Positions 31,427-43,755 of a DNA stretch of 64,000 bases are shown piece after piece; within the stretch, counting starts at the first letter, position 1; every line of letters starts with the position of its first letter. The DNA lies in the NCBI GenBank assembly GCA_027923505.1, contig BROI01000024.1, positions 1-64,000 of the forward strand. Reading direction: 5' to 3'. A model generated the notes under the pieces. The model was not told the origin of the DNA. It worked only from the letters and a program-made list of their open reading frames with translations, and ran no database searches. This DNA is from Mayamaea pseudoterrestris. Lineage: Eukaryota. Both the position numbers and the translations under genes were made by a program.

Positions 31427-31834
31427 TCAGGCACGCTTCTTTTCTCGTCGAGTGCGTTGGCTAGCGACTCGAATCTCTTCCTTCAAGCAAAGATCATACT
31501 CGCGCGCACGAGTCAAATCAATTTCGCCGTCCTCCAGAGGCGAGTCGCCAAAGACCTGCTGGAAACAAGCTGGCGATAAACAGGCATTGACGCAGTTCAT
31601 GTTTTCTTCGTCAATCAGATAATTGCAAATCTCCGTGGCGCAGGTAGTTGTAATGGTCTTGAGTGCGCCAATGTTTCGATTCGTGTGTGATCTGCGAGAG
31701 CGGCCGTCCGCTGCAAACACTAGCTTTGGCAGCATGAATAGAATCAGCAGCACCATCAGGAGCTTGACAGTAAACAAGATCCATGGTGATGTAGTGGACG
31801 GAGAATGACTGGCACTTCGGGCTGGCAGCGCCAT
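31427..31834 (-). CDS. Small Cys-rich protein with signal peptide/anchor (DUF4787-like)
   Basis: Hydrophobic N-terminus; C...C...NCVNACLSPACFQQVFGDSPLEDGEID pattern. Confidence 0.7.
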   Translation of the reverse strand: MALPARSASHSPSTTSPWILFTVKLLMVLLILFMLPKLVFAADGRSRRSHTNRNIGALKTITTTCATEICNYLIDEENMNCVNACLSPACFQQVFGDSPLEDGEIDLTRAREYDLCLKEEIRVASQRTRREKKRA

Positions 31835-32051
31835 GCTAACTTGGATACTGTGTAGGCAATCAAAAAAAATAATGGAAGAACGGCGATGATGGATGATCCG
31901 CCGCGCCCGTCTTGTCGTATTGTATCGTACCGGCACTCCAGCGCTTCGCAACTCGCAACAATGCGCAGACGCAATTAGTTCGACAACGATGCAGCCAACT
32001 AGCTGTAAACTGAGAGAACCTAGTCCCTATTATATACTTCTCTCAAAGTAC

Positions 32052-32698
32052 CTAGTCATCTTCTTTCTTTGCGTCCTTGGCGGCTCGCTTTGCAAGGCGC
32101 TTCGCCTCGGCCAGCTTCTTCTTTTCCTCTTTGCTTAGCTTCTTCTCAAATAACCCTTCTATTGGCTGAGAGGGTGTATCCGCTGCATCTTCCGACGATT
32201 GATTAGGTCGAGGCTTTGATGCTGGTGGAGATGCACCGATTGCGACCGAATCTGGAATTTGAGCGGCAATACCAGCTGCTCCGCCTTGCCAGCCCAGCAT
32301 GCGTGAGTCACAAAGCATGCCTTCCGACATGACGCCGCCAACACTAGTCTTTTTAATCACTAGTTCCTCGCCCGTTTCGGTTTCAACAATGGACCCGACA
32401 GGGGCAACAGCGACTCTGCGTATATATATAGATTATACGAAGGGGCAAGGAGCAGTGCATGAGTCATGAATTTGAAATTTGACCAGGGTTTGCGACTGCA
32501 CCACCATGTTTCAAATTCGTCATATGCATACCTTGATCCTTCTCTAACATTCGTGGCTGAAGTCACTACCGACAGGAACTCGCCGGATGCGTCTCCAACA
32601 TTGACTTTGCAGAGCCTCAGCGGCTTTTGGCCTGCCTTGTCGCCAAGACTTTCCACGCTTACAACTTCACCAACTTTATACAGCGATCTGTCTACCAT
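32052..32698 (-). CDS. Stand-alone tRNA-binding OB-fold protein (PheRS-beta B2/Trbp-like), 2 exons
   Basis: YKVGEVVSVE...LRLCKVNVG...VVTSATNVREG|VAVAPVG...SEGMLCDS; Lys-rich tail. Confidence 0.75.
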
Positions 32699-32938
32699 CG
32701 CTTTTGCTGCTTATATTATATACAGATGCACGCGGCAGAGTGATGATGTACTTCTATGTTTGTTGTATGATGTGGGCAATGGCAGCTGATCAATTTGTGA
32801 GGCTTTTGCTCTCGTCGTCGTCGCGCTATGTCGCAACGTGTTTAATAACTGTCGTAGTGGTTCTACGTACCAACGAGCCGTTCATTTTTTCGTTTTCCAC
32901 GCACTTTCCTCACGATCGCACCATATCGCATTATAACC

Positions 32939-35900
32939 ATGGCGGCCGACGATGACAGTGAAGGCTGGTTCACAACCAAGAAGCGCGGCCGAGACGACGA
33001 CAAGATTGAGGCTGATCGCGAAAAGGCCTTGTTGGAGCGTCGCAAGAAGCGCAACCCCAACTATAAGCCAAAGCCTGCCAAGCAGCAAAAACCAAAGTCG
33101 ATGACTGCCAGTAAGAAGAGGCGCAGCAAGCAAGACTACGATAGCGACGAGGAGGAGGATGAAGATTCTTTTATTGAGGAAGAGAGCGATGTAGAAGCTG
33201 ATGATGATGGAGATGACAACGACGAGAAGGAGTGGAACAATGCGGACGAAGAGAATGACGACGACGAAGACGAGCTCGGTCATAAATACAGCGATGGCGA
33301 TAGCAGCGACGACGAGCAGGAAACGTTTTTCAAAAGCTACAAGCCTCGATCTAGCATTCCGCCTCCGAAGAAGGCGATGAAGAAGAGTCAGACTGCACGA
33401 CCCGACGACGACAAGAAGAAGAAGACTAGTAAAAGCAGTGGCGGCAGGCTGACAAAGCAGTCACCTAAAACCAAGAGAGCAAAGCCAATCGAAGTAAATT
33501 CCTCCAGCGATAGCGACAGTGACCACGATTCCGATTCATCTGAGGACAAGGTTCCTCGCGGCACTAAATTGTCGAAACTTGGCAATGGGAAAACGGTTGC
33601 TGCTTCTTTAAGTCTCGCCAATCAAGACAGTGATCTTGACTCTCCCTTGCCACGAGCACGAATGAATAAGGCAGCAACTGCCGCTAGAAATACTGCCAGC
33701 ATGAAGATGGGCGATGACTCTGACGACTCGGACGATGAAATTCCTAGCGCCTCCAAGCTGAATCAGCCCTTGAGGCCACAAGCATTTGCAAGCAAGCCTG
33801 CTGATGTAAACGACGGTAACCTTTCATCACCGTCTCCAATGCTTAATCGTCATGGCAAGAAGAAGATTACGAACAAGAATAAGTCGCACTTTGGAGACGA
33901 TGATTCGGATGATGCCGCTTCCGAGGCCGAAGCAATGGCCATTGCTTTGGCTCTGAGTGCAAGCGAATCTGATTATAATAATAACAATACACAACTGTCA
34001 AAGACAAGCTTTGTAACCAACAATCACAAGGATGAAGTTGAATTGCTTGATACAGATGACGATGAACAAGACGACGACGAGCAGGACGAGTACATGAACC
34101 CCGAGGCAAAAGAGGCGGAGTCATTGCTTGAAACGGCCAATGCGCTGAGCAAAGAAATATTAACAACAATGCTCATATGGATGAATGGAGGTGACAGTGA
34201 CCTGGCCACGGACTCGGCAACAAAGACAACGGTGCCCATGGGAATGATTGTTGACGGAGCAGTCGCCCTTTCTACCGTGTCGGCTTTGGAGTCTGGCCAA
34301 CCACTGGCGAGTCTGAACAAGTCTTGGATATCAAAGGAAACGATGGGAAATGTTTGTCCTAAGGTCAAGTTGGCTGACTACCAGCTAATTGGAGTCAATT
34401 GGCTTGCTCTGATGCACGGGATGAAGTACACTGCTAAAGGAACTAAGGGGAAGCATACGAGCGTCAATGGTGTGCTCGCCGACGAAATGGGATTGGTAAG
34501 TTTCGCTTTGGCAACGTGTATGCATGTCTTTGCACTTACTTCTTAACATGCTCATTTATTCGCTTCGTAGGGTAAAACGGTTCAAACCATAGCTTTCTTG
34601 AGCTGGTTGAAGTACTCGGCAGAGCAGGATCAAAAACCCGGCGATGGGTCCCGAGCCTACGCAGGTGGAAGCGGCGTAAAGAGCGATGACGATAGTGTAG
34701 TAGTCGTGGACGATTCTCCTGTTTATCCTCATCTCATCGTTGTTCCTTCGTCGGTTGTGTCTAACTGGATGAGAGAGTTTGAGACCTTCGCTCCTCACAT
34801 GAACGTTGTCAAGTACTATGGTACGCAGGCCGAGCGCCAAGATCTGCAGCACGAACTGAGAAATCACCTTCCCGGAAAACAAAGACCGTTCGGCGTAAGA
34901 CCAGTGGATGTAATTGTTACCCCAGTCACGTATTTCTCGAGTGAGAATCCGAGTGACCGAAATTTTCTTCGGAAATTTCAGTTCAACTACCTTGTTTGCG
35001 ATGAAGGTAAGTGTCGACGCCCATTGCAATGTACTGTGCGTACAATAATGCGATCTTCAAAGCAACGGCTAATTGAAAAATCTCTTTACAGCGCACTTAC
35101 TGAAGAATGCTCGTGGATCACGTTATAAGAACCTCGACAGATTTTCATCGCTACACAGGTTGCTACTGACCGGAACACCCATAAACAATCGCCCAGCGGA
35201 GTTGCTGGGTATGTGATGTCTGCTAATCTCGCTCATTTGTGGTCGTCAACTTGTTACTTCGCTCATTTGTATCCCAACTCACGCTTGAACCTGTAATTTC
35301 ACTGACAGCATTACTTTGCTTCTTAATGCCACTGTTTGGGTCGCGAAAATACAAATCATACGAGGAGGAAGATGCTAATGACGGAGGAGAATTCATGTTG
35401 CACCATTTTGTCCAGCTCGAGAAAGGAGAAGATAGTTCTGATGAGGCTGCATATCGAAAGCTTAAGCAGTTGTTTGCTCCTTTTGTTCTGCGACGTAAGA
35501 AGGAAGATGTATTGGGCCAAATTGTGCCACCAAAGACGGTTCGAGTTGACTACGTGGAGCTAGATCAAAAGGCACGGTCAGTCTACGACTCAATCATCTC
35601 TAACCACCTTGCCGCGAAGAAGAATGGCAACTTTAAGGATGCGTCGACTCATCTATTCACTCAGCTTCGAAAAGCTGCACACCACCCTTTGCTTATCCGT
35701 TCCCGCCATAAAGCACCAGAAGAGAAGCAAAAACTAGCGCAACTTTTTCACACTTATCAGGCTTTCCAGGGGGGTACAGTGGAGCAGGTTGCTGCCGAGC
35801 TCGAAAAGTTTAACGACTTTGATATACACCACACTGCCCTTGACCTTGTCGAGCAAAATAATTGTCGTCGGGAAACGCTGGAGCCTTATATCCTTCGCGA

Positions 35901-36516
35901 AGATGATTTGTTTTGTTCGACAAAGTTTGTTCGCCTCAGGGCTCTGCTACCAGAGCTCATTGAGGCTGGGCACCGCATCTTAATATTTTCAGTGTGGACA
36001 AGTTGCCTCGATCTTCTTGGGTGTCTACTAGAAGCGATGGATATTGACTTTCTTCGAATGGACGGTTCCACTCCTGTTAAAGAGCGGCAGGATCTCATGG
36101 ACAAGTTTCAGACTGATGCGACAATCCCCGTATTTTTGCTATCGACGCGAGCATGCGGGCTCGGCATTACTCTCACGGCCGCCGACGTTTGCATTATGCA
36201 TGACATTGACTTTAATCCTAGCGTTGACAAGCAAGCTGAAGACAGATGTCATAGAATTGGCCAAACTAAATTGGTAAATGTGGTGAAGCTTGTCGCAAAA
36301 TCGACAGTCGACGAAGACATTTACAACATGCAGGAGCGAAAATCAAGGATGACCAACGCGATTATGGAAAACGACGATTGGCAGAAACACGCAGAAAGTG
36401 ACAAGAACGATGTATTAAAGGCTGCTATCGATCGTTTCTTGGATACACCTGCTCGCTCCGGCGAAAAGAGGTCACTCAATGGTGACGTGGCTCGCTACAA
36501 ATCCTCTTTAGTTTAA
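32939..36516 (+). CDS. SNF2-family chromatin remodeller, SMARCAD1/Fun30-like (4 exons)
   Basis: LADYQLIGVNWL, LADEMGL|GKT, DE box, LSTRACGLGI, HDIDFNPSVDKQAEDRCHRIGQ; introns near 34496-34570, 35007-35091, 35209-35308. Confidence 0.9.
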
Positions 36517-36556
36517 ATTTGCTAGTAGTAATAACTTTAAATTTTGCTACGCCGCT

Positions 36557-37840
36557 CTATACTCTCTTTCCCGTGATTCCAGTTCTCGTTTCACGCTTCA
36601 TGAACCCAAAGCGCTTGGCCTTCTTTTTAACTTCGACAGCCTGGTTGTGCTGCTTCATTCGTTGCTCGTCGTTTGTAGGTTCACCTTGTACCTTCTTCAT
36701 GAGCTTATTTGCAGCTTCCGTAAAGCTCTCTGCTTTGTGACCCGGCACCTGCTTGGGAGACTCCCATATACCGAGAAACTTGCGCGCATTCTTGGTTCGC
36801 AGCAAGGCTGTCTGACACATGGTCAAGAGATTATTAGACGTCCAGTAGCACAGCATGCATGCCTCAAAATTAATTACAAACGGAATCATGAGAAGACTCA
36901 TCGCTCGAAACACATTGACAAAGGTCTGTCCTTGCGCTGGATTCTGTGCCATCATTTGCTCCTTGCCGAGTTCAATGACTGCCAAAAACGTCACCGCAGA
37001 CGCAACCGGCAACAAGTAGTATGGATCAGGAACCGTCAAGTCCGGAAACCAAAGCATGCCCCCACTAGCAAGCTCCTGTGGAAACAGCGTAGGCATCTTT
37101 TGCAGTCCAAAAAACATGCCCATGAATAGTGGAAACTGTGCAAGAGGAGCGGCAATGGCTCGTAGCGGCTTGACCTCGTACTTGGCAAAGAGCGCCTTCA
37201 TGCGATTACCAAACTGCAATTGCTCCTGTCGCGTCGGTGATCCAATCGCTTCATACCTCTGCTTCATCAAGGTGAGTTCAGGTTGCAAATGTGCCATGCG
37301 CGATGAGTTTCGCTGCGCCATGACCATGATTGGAAAGAGGCAGGTTCGCAGTACAACCGTCACGCCGACAATGGAAAGCGCCCACTGCGCACCCGTCGCG
37401 TCGTGAAAGGCAATGACAGATCGGATTGCTTGATCGGCAAGATTGTACCAATGAGGATCCCATGCAACAGCGACTGCAGTTTCAGAAGCTGCTTCCGATG
37501 CAGCATACCATGCATCGGCATTGTGTGCTTGTTGATCTTGGAAGAGCTTGTCGAGGGTTTCATCGACGGACGGAGTTGTAAAACTGTCAGAGTTCATGGC
37601 GTCGTTAGATTCTTTATCATTGAGTTTAATGGGAGACGAACTATAAAGTCTTTGCTGCTGCCAGTGATTGGATACTGATGATAGGTTGACCTTATAGCGA
37701 ATCATTGGCAATCTACTCGTGGCAGATGACGGCGTGCTTGGGGAATCATCGTTTCGCTCCCCATCAAACTGTAAATTCGATAGACACGGCCGAGCTGCAA
37801 GTCCTCGAACTATTCGTACTCTAGATACTGCCCGTATCAT
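36557..37840 (-). CDS. OXA1: Mitochondrial inner-membrane insertase (Oxa1/YidC family)
   Basis: Arg-rich presequence; WALSIVGVTVVLR, PLAQFPLF, GGMLWFPDLTVPDPYYLLP, YWTSNN. Confidence 0.9.
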   Translation of the reverse strand: MIRAVSRVRIVRGLAARPCLSNLQFDGERNDDSPSTPSSATSRLPMIRYKVNLSSVSNHWQQQRLYSSSPIKLNDKESNDAMNSDSFTTPSVDETLDKLFQDQQAHNADAWYAASEAASETAVAVAWDPHWYNLADQAIRSVIAFHDATGAQWALSIVGVTVVLRTCLFPIMVMAQRNSSRMAHLQPELTLMKQRYEAIGSPTRQEQLQFGNRMKALFAKYEVKPLRAIAAPLAQFPLFMGMFFGLQKMPTLFPQELASGGMLWFPDLTVPDPYYLLPVASAVTFLAVIELGKEQMMAQNPAQGQTFVNVFRAMSLLMIPFVINFEACMLCYWTSNNLLTMCQTALLRTKNARKFLGIWESPKQVPGHKAESFTEAANKLMKKVQGEPTNDEQRMKQHNQAVEVKKKAKRFGFMKRETRTGITGKRV

Positions 37841-38041
37841 GCTTTCTCGAAAGGTTATGCAGCATTAGCGACGGCTGATTGCCATGGACCAAACAAAGAA
37901 ACGAAAATGAAAGAATGGGCGGTCCTCGACGAAGAAAACGTGACGTCAATCATGTCACAATGTGTCGTAGTGGTACTAGTAGCATCGGCATGATCAAGCG
38001 CACATCAATTCCAACAACAACCTGCATCTTCCATGTATATC

Positions 38042-39202
38042 ATGACTCTAGAGCCGAGAGAGCATCTCATTTGCAACGTCAATGACTTCCAATATCTAGC
38101 AAAGGCCAAGCTTCCAAAAGAACTTTACGAGTATCTCGCGAGTGGAACGGATGACGAGCAAACGCTCGCCGAAAACAGAGCGGCCTTCAAGCTCTGGTAC
38201 CTTCGGCCTCGCGTCCTTCGACCACTTTCAAGCATCAACACTAGCATCAGTCTATTTGGACAGAATCTCAATGTGCCATTTTTTGTCAGCCCCGCGGGGG
38301 TCATGGCTCTTTGCGACGAAAAACATGGCGAGTGCGCGACTGCCAACGCATGCGCCAACATTGGCACCATGTTTGGACTGAGCCAGCATTCCACAAGATC
38401 CATCGAACAAGTCGCATCCTGCGCACCAGGCACCAACAAATGGTACCAATGCTATATACTCAAAGATAGAGCCATGACCCGCAGATTGTTGCGACGTGCC
38501 CGCGACGCAGGATACAGAGGCATCTTTTGGACGGTTGACTCGCCTCGGTTTGGCTTTCGCGAGGCGGATGCGCGCAACGGATTCAATGCTCTTCCGTTTC
38601 CACATCGACTGGAGAATTACCATGAAGCTGATTCTAGTAGGAGGGACTTGACATACAATGCCAAGCAACATGCTGCTTGGGACCAAAATACGGAGCAAAT
38701 GATTGACACTAATGTTACATGGGAGGACGTCCAATGGATCAAGCAAGAAATTGGATCACTTCCACTTGTCATTAAAGGTATTATGACGGGAGAAGATGCT
38801 TTACTCGCCGTAGAAGCAGGCGCTGACGGAGTCATGGTATCAAACCACGGAGGAAGGCAATTGGATGGCTGCTTGGCTACCATTGATGTACTGCCAGAAG
38901 TTGTCGCCGCTGTCGGCGGCCGCGTGCCAGTCTTGATTGATGGAGGCTTTCGACGTGGAACTGATATACTCAAAGCATTGGCACTGGGAGCGTCAGCAGT
39001 AGGCATTGGAAAACCAGTATTTTTCGCATTGAGTGTTGGTGGCGAAGGCGCAGTGACGCAAATGTTTCATATATTGAAGACGGAGCTTGAAGCAGCCATG
39101 GCACTCTGCGGCGTTACATCAATACAGGATGTCGGCTCATCACTTGTCACAAGGCATCCCACTGGAGGAGCAATTTCGTACTATCATCGTGCGAAGCTGT
39201 AA
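38042..39202 (+). CDS. FMN-dependent alpha-hydroxy acid oxidase (glycolate oxidase-like), peroxisomal
   Basis: YLASGTDDE, LRPRVL, TVDSP, LVIKGI, SNHGGRQLD, DGGFRRGTD; C-terminal PTS1 -AKL. Confidence 0.92.
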   Translation: MTLEPREHLICNVNDFQYLAKAKLPKELYEYLASGTDDEQTLAENRAAFKLWYLRPRVLRPLSSINTSISLFGQNLNVPFFVSPAGVMALCDEKHGECATANACANIGTMFGLSQHSTRSIEQVASCAPGTNKWYQCYILKDRAMTRRLLRRARDAGYRGIFWTVDSPRFGFREADARNGFNALPFPHRLENYHEADSSRRDLTYNAKQHAAWDQNTEQMIDTNVTWEDVQWIKQEIGSLPLVIKGIMTGEDALLAVEAGADGVMVSNHGGRQLDGCLATIDVLPEVVAAVGGRVPVLIDGGFRRGTDILKALALGASAVGIGKPVFFALSVGGEGAVTQMFHILKTELEAAMALCGVTSIQDVGSSLVTRHPTGGAISYYHRAKL

Positions 39203-39247
39203 CGCATATCGATTCATTATGTTTCGTTTGATTCTGTACCTATTGAC

Positions 39248-40168
39248 TTATGCATTATCATTAACAAACGCCGCAGAAGGAGTCCATGTACGCTGAATTT
39301 CCGGCAAAAGATCATTCTCCCAGCCAGCTTGATAGCCAAGTCGTTTCATTAACATTTCCATGACTCCATCCACCTTTGCGCGAACCAGAAGAGTAGCTTT
39401 GTCATCGTATTCCGTCATTTGTAGATTGACTATAATAAATTTGTTTGCAAGTGTTGGAAGATCACCAGCAGGTTGTATACGCAGGCTCGTGCCAAGGCAA
39501 ACTACCAAATCAGCTCGTTCGCACTCGTCTTGTGCTCGTTCCCAGTCAGCTACTGGCAATTCATCTTCCCAGTCAAGAAGAGTATCTCTCATGAAGCCTC
39601 CACAATTTGGACACTTGTTCCCAGTCTTTTTAAAGCTCATTCCCTTGACTTCATCGTCACGAAAGAGCTCCGTCAGGCAATCTTCGCATCGTTCTGTAAA
39701 TGCGCAACCATGCAAAACGGCCAATTTATTGCGAGGCAAACCTGATCGTTGATGCAAGCCGTCGACATTTTGCGTCAAGCAGAACTGAACCTTTCCGTCT
39801 AGGATTAGTCGCGTGATTGCTTGATGCGTCAGCGTTGGTTTCGCCTGGGTAAAATCAATGCTTGGCGGAGGAGGAGCCGTATCAGTTGTCAATGCCTCAT
39901 TACGCTTTCGCTTGCTCGCCTTGCTTTGTTGCTTCTCCAGCGTCCAAATTCCATTTGGTCCCCGAAAGTCAGGAATACCTGCCGCTGTGCTTATTCCAGC
40001 TCCCGTTAATATAACAATTCGCTTTGGTTGGGATCTTGATGTGTCCATCATTTCTGCAAGCGCATTCATTTTTAGCGTCAATACACGAGACGAATCAAAA
40101 TTCTCCGGCAAGCCACACACTCCCTTGTCCGGGTAGTGTTTTAAGCGAGCAGCATATCCATCTGACAT
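39248..40168 (-). CDS. Class IV sirtuin (SIRT6/SRT1-like)
   Basis: MSDGYAARL...KGVCGLPE; TGAGISTAAGIPDFRGPNGIWT; TQNVDGLH; LRIQPA. Confidence 0.92.
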   Translation of the reverse strand: MSDGYAARLKHYPDKGVCGLPENFDSSRVLTLKMNALAEMMDTSRSQPKRIVILTGAGISTAAGIPDFRGPNGIWTLEKQQSKASKRKRNEALTTDTAPPPPSIDFTQAKPTLTHQAITRLILDGKVQFCLTQNVDGLHQRSGLPRNKLAVLHGCAFTERCEDCLTELFRDDEVKGMSFKKTGNKCPNCGGFMRDTLLDWEDELPVADWERAQDECERADLVVCLGTSLRIQPAGDLPTLANKFIIVNLQMTEYDDKATLLVRAKVDGVMEMLMKRLGYQAGWENDLLPEIQRTWTPSAAFVNDNA

Positions 40169-40385
40169 GATAATGAGTGTGTCTCTACTCTTGATACCCT
40201 CTATGTGGCGATTTGCTTGGAGGAAAAGGGCCATGGTGATGGACTGTTCGCGCGTCAAATCACGAGCGCGACTGAAAATTAATTCGTTGACCGGTACGAC
40301 ATGACGTCGCAACCATCGCATTCCATGAATCGCGGCCATCCCAATTTCGCAGAACAACTACCGAAGCAGAGTCCACATCACAGCC

Positions 40386-41082
40386 ATGGTGAAGCACGCC
40401 AGAAGTAAGAAACGACGGGCTGGCCGTATCGGCAAAGTTAAACTCAAGGTAAGCGACATGGGAATTTGTATTCGAAACCTATGTCATTGCTCATTGCATG
40501 GAGACACCGGCGACACCACAGCGCCGCGACGATTGATACAGAACTGGTGCATGATGCAGGACAAGACGTTATTTGCGATGCGAATTTACGATGCGACTTG
40601 AATTATTATCTCACGTTGCTACACGATTTTGTTTCATATAGAATCCTTCTTGGAATCGATGGAATCCTAATCCCAAGATTCAAGATCCGATTCTGAAGCA
40701 GCACTGGGATCCGTCTGTGTCGCCGGCGGAAAACATGCGACGAATGGGACTCAGATTTGATCCCAATGCCAAGGAGGATAGGAACGACGACCAGCCGGTT
40801 ACAAGTAGAGTTATTGAGCTTTTTGATGTTCCTGATTCGGACAAGCCTAGTCGTCGGAGTCAGTTTCCGTTAAAGGAAGACGAGGAAGAGTACATTGTCA
40901 AGGCAATGGCCAAGCACGGAACAAACTACAACAAAATGTTTTACGATCTGAAAAGCAATCCACTACAGCATACTCGAGAAAAGTTGACAAAGATGGGAGC
41001 ACGTTATCTTCTGTTGGAACCCCACCAACGAAGAATCGAAGTGCCGGAGAATGTAAAGCTGCTCCTGCCGAGCGCATCCTAA
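40386..41082 (+). CDS. NOP16: Nop16-like ribosome biogenesis protein (intron 40449-40641)
   Basis: Basic N-terminus; HWDPSVSPAENMRRMGL; KHGTNYNKMFYDLKSNPLQHT; intron restores frame. Confidence 0.8.
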
Positions 41083-41842
41083 CATAAGGTATTTCCGCTA
41101 TTGCTTTCGTCTTGAGATGCAGCTCACGTATGATGCTCGATAAGACGCATCAAATCTATGTATAAACACTGCGTTGCCACTACTTAATGTCAGACGGAAT
41201 AAGACAACAAGTGGCGTCACTTATTTGCTCCCGTACTACACTTTATGGGAACGAACAATACTTTATCATATTTTGTTCCCGTAGTACACTTTAATGTGGA
41301 CGAACAAAATCAGGATAGCTCTGATGTATAAAACGCTCGCAGCGCCATACATATGCCAGACGGAAGCGGGACATCCGTCCTAGCCAGCGACAGTTTCTAT
41401 GCGAGTTCAGAGCTCTCTCTTACATACACGAACTCTGCTAGAGCGTTTATACAGAATCTGAAGTTTCCATCAAACTGTCGTTGTCGCTATTCTAATGTTT
41501 CACGACGCATCGCGTTAGAGGAGCGTTAGTTTGCATCCCGCGTCCATGGTCGACTCCGTCGGTCAAACAGCTGCGTTGCTTAGACGTTATCCGGTTCGAC
41601 GAAAGAGTCACGAAGATACCCTTTGCGAATTTTCTAGCCTGTTGACATGATCGAAGATACCCTTTTCGTGATGGCGAGGTTTTGTCAACCCTCCCTTCCT
41701 CCATCATTGCAAGCAAGAGCTCTGCAGAGCTTGTCAAGTCGTGTCGTGCCAATTATTGCAGAGCGAACGAGAAAAGAGGACTCCCTGACAGTATATTGTC
41801 AATTACGTTATTTTTGAGAGAGAACAATCAATTTAGTGCATC

Positions 41843-43508
41843 ATGGAGACTCGCACAAAAGCAGCGGCAGCTGCCGCATCCCTGATTCCCTTTAGCTGTT
41901 GTTGCTGCTTTGAGGAGTTCAATTTTGCGGAACGAACACCAATGGTGCTTCCTTGCGGCCATACATATGTTTGTGGTCAGTGCACCAAACGATTGAACCG
42001 CTGCATGGAATGCCGCGAGCCGCTCTTTTTGACTGGCATGGTGCATCAAAAGCCGACTGTTCCCTCCTTGTACAATAATCGAGGACGATACTCGCCGCAA
42101 CCACAGGATTATGCTCGACCTGTACCGAGCGAAAAGATTATGCTTCCAATACCAAAGAATCTCGTTTTGATGAGTATGATGGAAGCGGCGCAGCGGCAAG
42201 GCAAAGTCATAAATCGAATTGCAGTCGCCGAACAATCAACAACCTCAAATGATTTGAATGGAGATGAGGACGAGGAAGAGTACAATCTTGATAGGATTAT
42301 TAGCGGATTAGCAACGATAGCAGGTCCATGCGGAACGTATGCCGTCAAAGCTGACGACGAACTCTGGGTCGTTCCTCGCGATCCAAGGAGGCAAAGCACG
42401 AACGATACCGAAGACGAGGAGCATGGGCAGGAAGCAATGAATGCTGATATACCATTGCCATTACACGCAGGTCAGACAATTCAGGTTTCCAGTTTCGAGG
42501 ATGGCGTGGCGAAGCTTGCACGGGACGCGGGCTTTGTCGTTGCTCGAGTCGGTCAGCTTGTTAAAGGTGCGTTGGCATTTGCTCCTTTTCGGTTTACTTC
42601 GTTGGCAACAACTGCATTATTCTAATGGTAATTGCGTTTGTCTTTTCATTCATTAAGTCGCTGGACCTCGCGAAACAACTTGTCGCCTGGAGGGGTTGCT
42701 CGAGACCATCGCGAGCCGAGGCAAGGATCTTGAATCTACCCTAAACGAGAATCGACAGATAGAATCCAGCATCCGACAGCAAATTGAAGAATGCTTGAAG
42801 ACGGAGCCCGACTTCCCGGTCATTGCAGAGGCTGTGCTCACTGATCTGGGACAAGAAAACAGTAGTCCCCATAGTAAACATTACTTTGACGGAGATCTTC
42901 ACACGCCTACGGGAACACCGAATCGAGACAGTCATGACACTCCAAACTCAGTCGTTACCAACACCGGATTAAGGATGGATGAAAGAGTCGTGGAAGGTGC
43001 AATGCCCATATTCCCAAGATCGCCGGCTTCGGCGTTTTCAATCGACAACTCCGATCTGACAAGTCTCGGTCTTGGCATTCCAGCCTACAGACGATCCATT
43101 ACTGACGATGACGAAGGAGCACTTGCATATGGCTGTGGTCCATCACTGCTGGCATCCGGAACAGCCATGTTTGGAGCTGACGCGTCGCATTATACAACGT
43201 CACTTCTGCCTTCATCTGCAGACCCAGATTTGCATCATAGTCACTCTGTTATCGGCCATCATGCACGAGATGATCCGTTTGCGCATGGCATACCTACACT
43301 GACATCTTCGTTTGACGCCGTGGACTTTCGCACGGGGTTGTCTGGCCATCGCGGTCTGACAAACGTCAAGAAAACGGGAGCAAACTCGACACCTCGGGGA
43401 GGTAATCGAATTATGCGAATGAGCGCCCACCGGGGAATAGGACGCGTCAATGTGCGGCACAACTCGCCGACTTCTAGTCCTTCTACAGCAACCAGAGAAT
43501 TTCATTAA
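41843..43508 (+). CDS. RING-finger protein, putative E3 ligase (intron 42567-42657)
   Basis: CxxC...PMVLPCGHTYVCGQC...CMECR; GT..AG intron joins two ORFs in frame. Confidence 0.8.
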
Positions 43509-43755
43509 TTAATAACTACATAACTAGCGTTAGATCCGCCATTCCTTACACAACACTGGGTTGCAAATGCCACTGTAGTTTATAAGTTTTATGAAAGTAA
43601 TCAGGAGGCATTGCGTGCGGCACGGCAGCATGTGACATCCGTCTGCGCCACTTGCACGCTGTAAATCATCACATCATGGCAAACAACAAAACACCTTGGT
43701 GAGAAATAGAGTTCTGTTCAATCAACGAGAGAGTGCACGAGTAGCGATGAACAAT

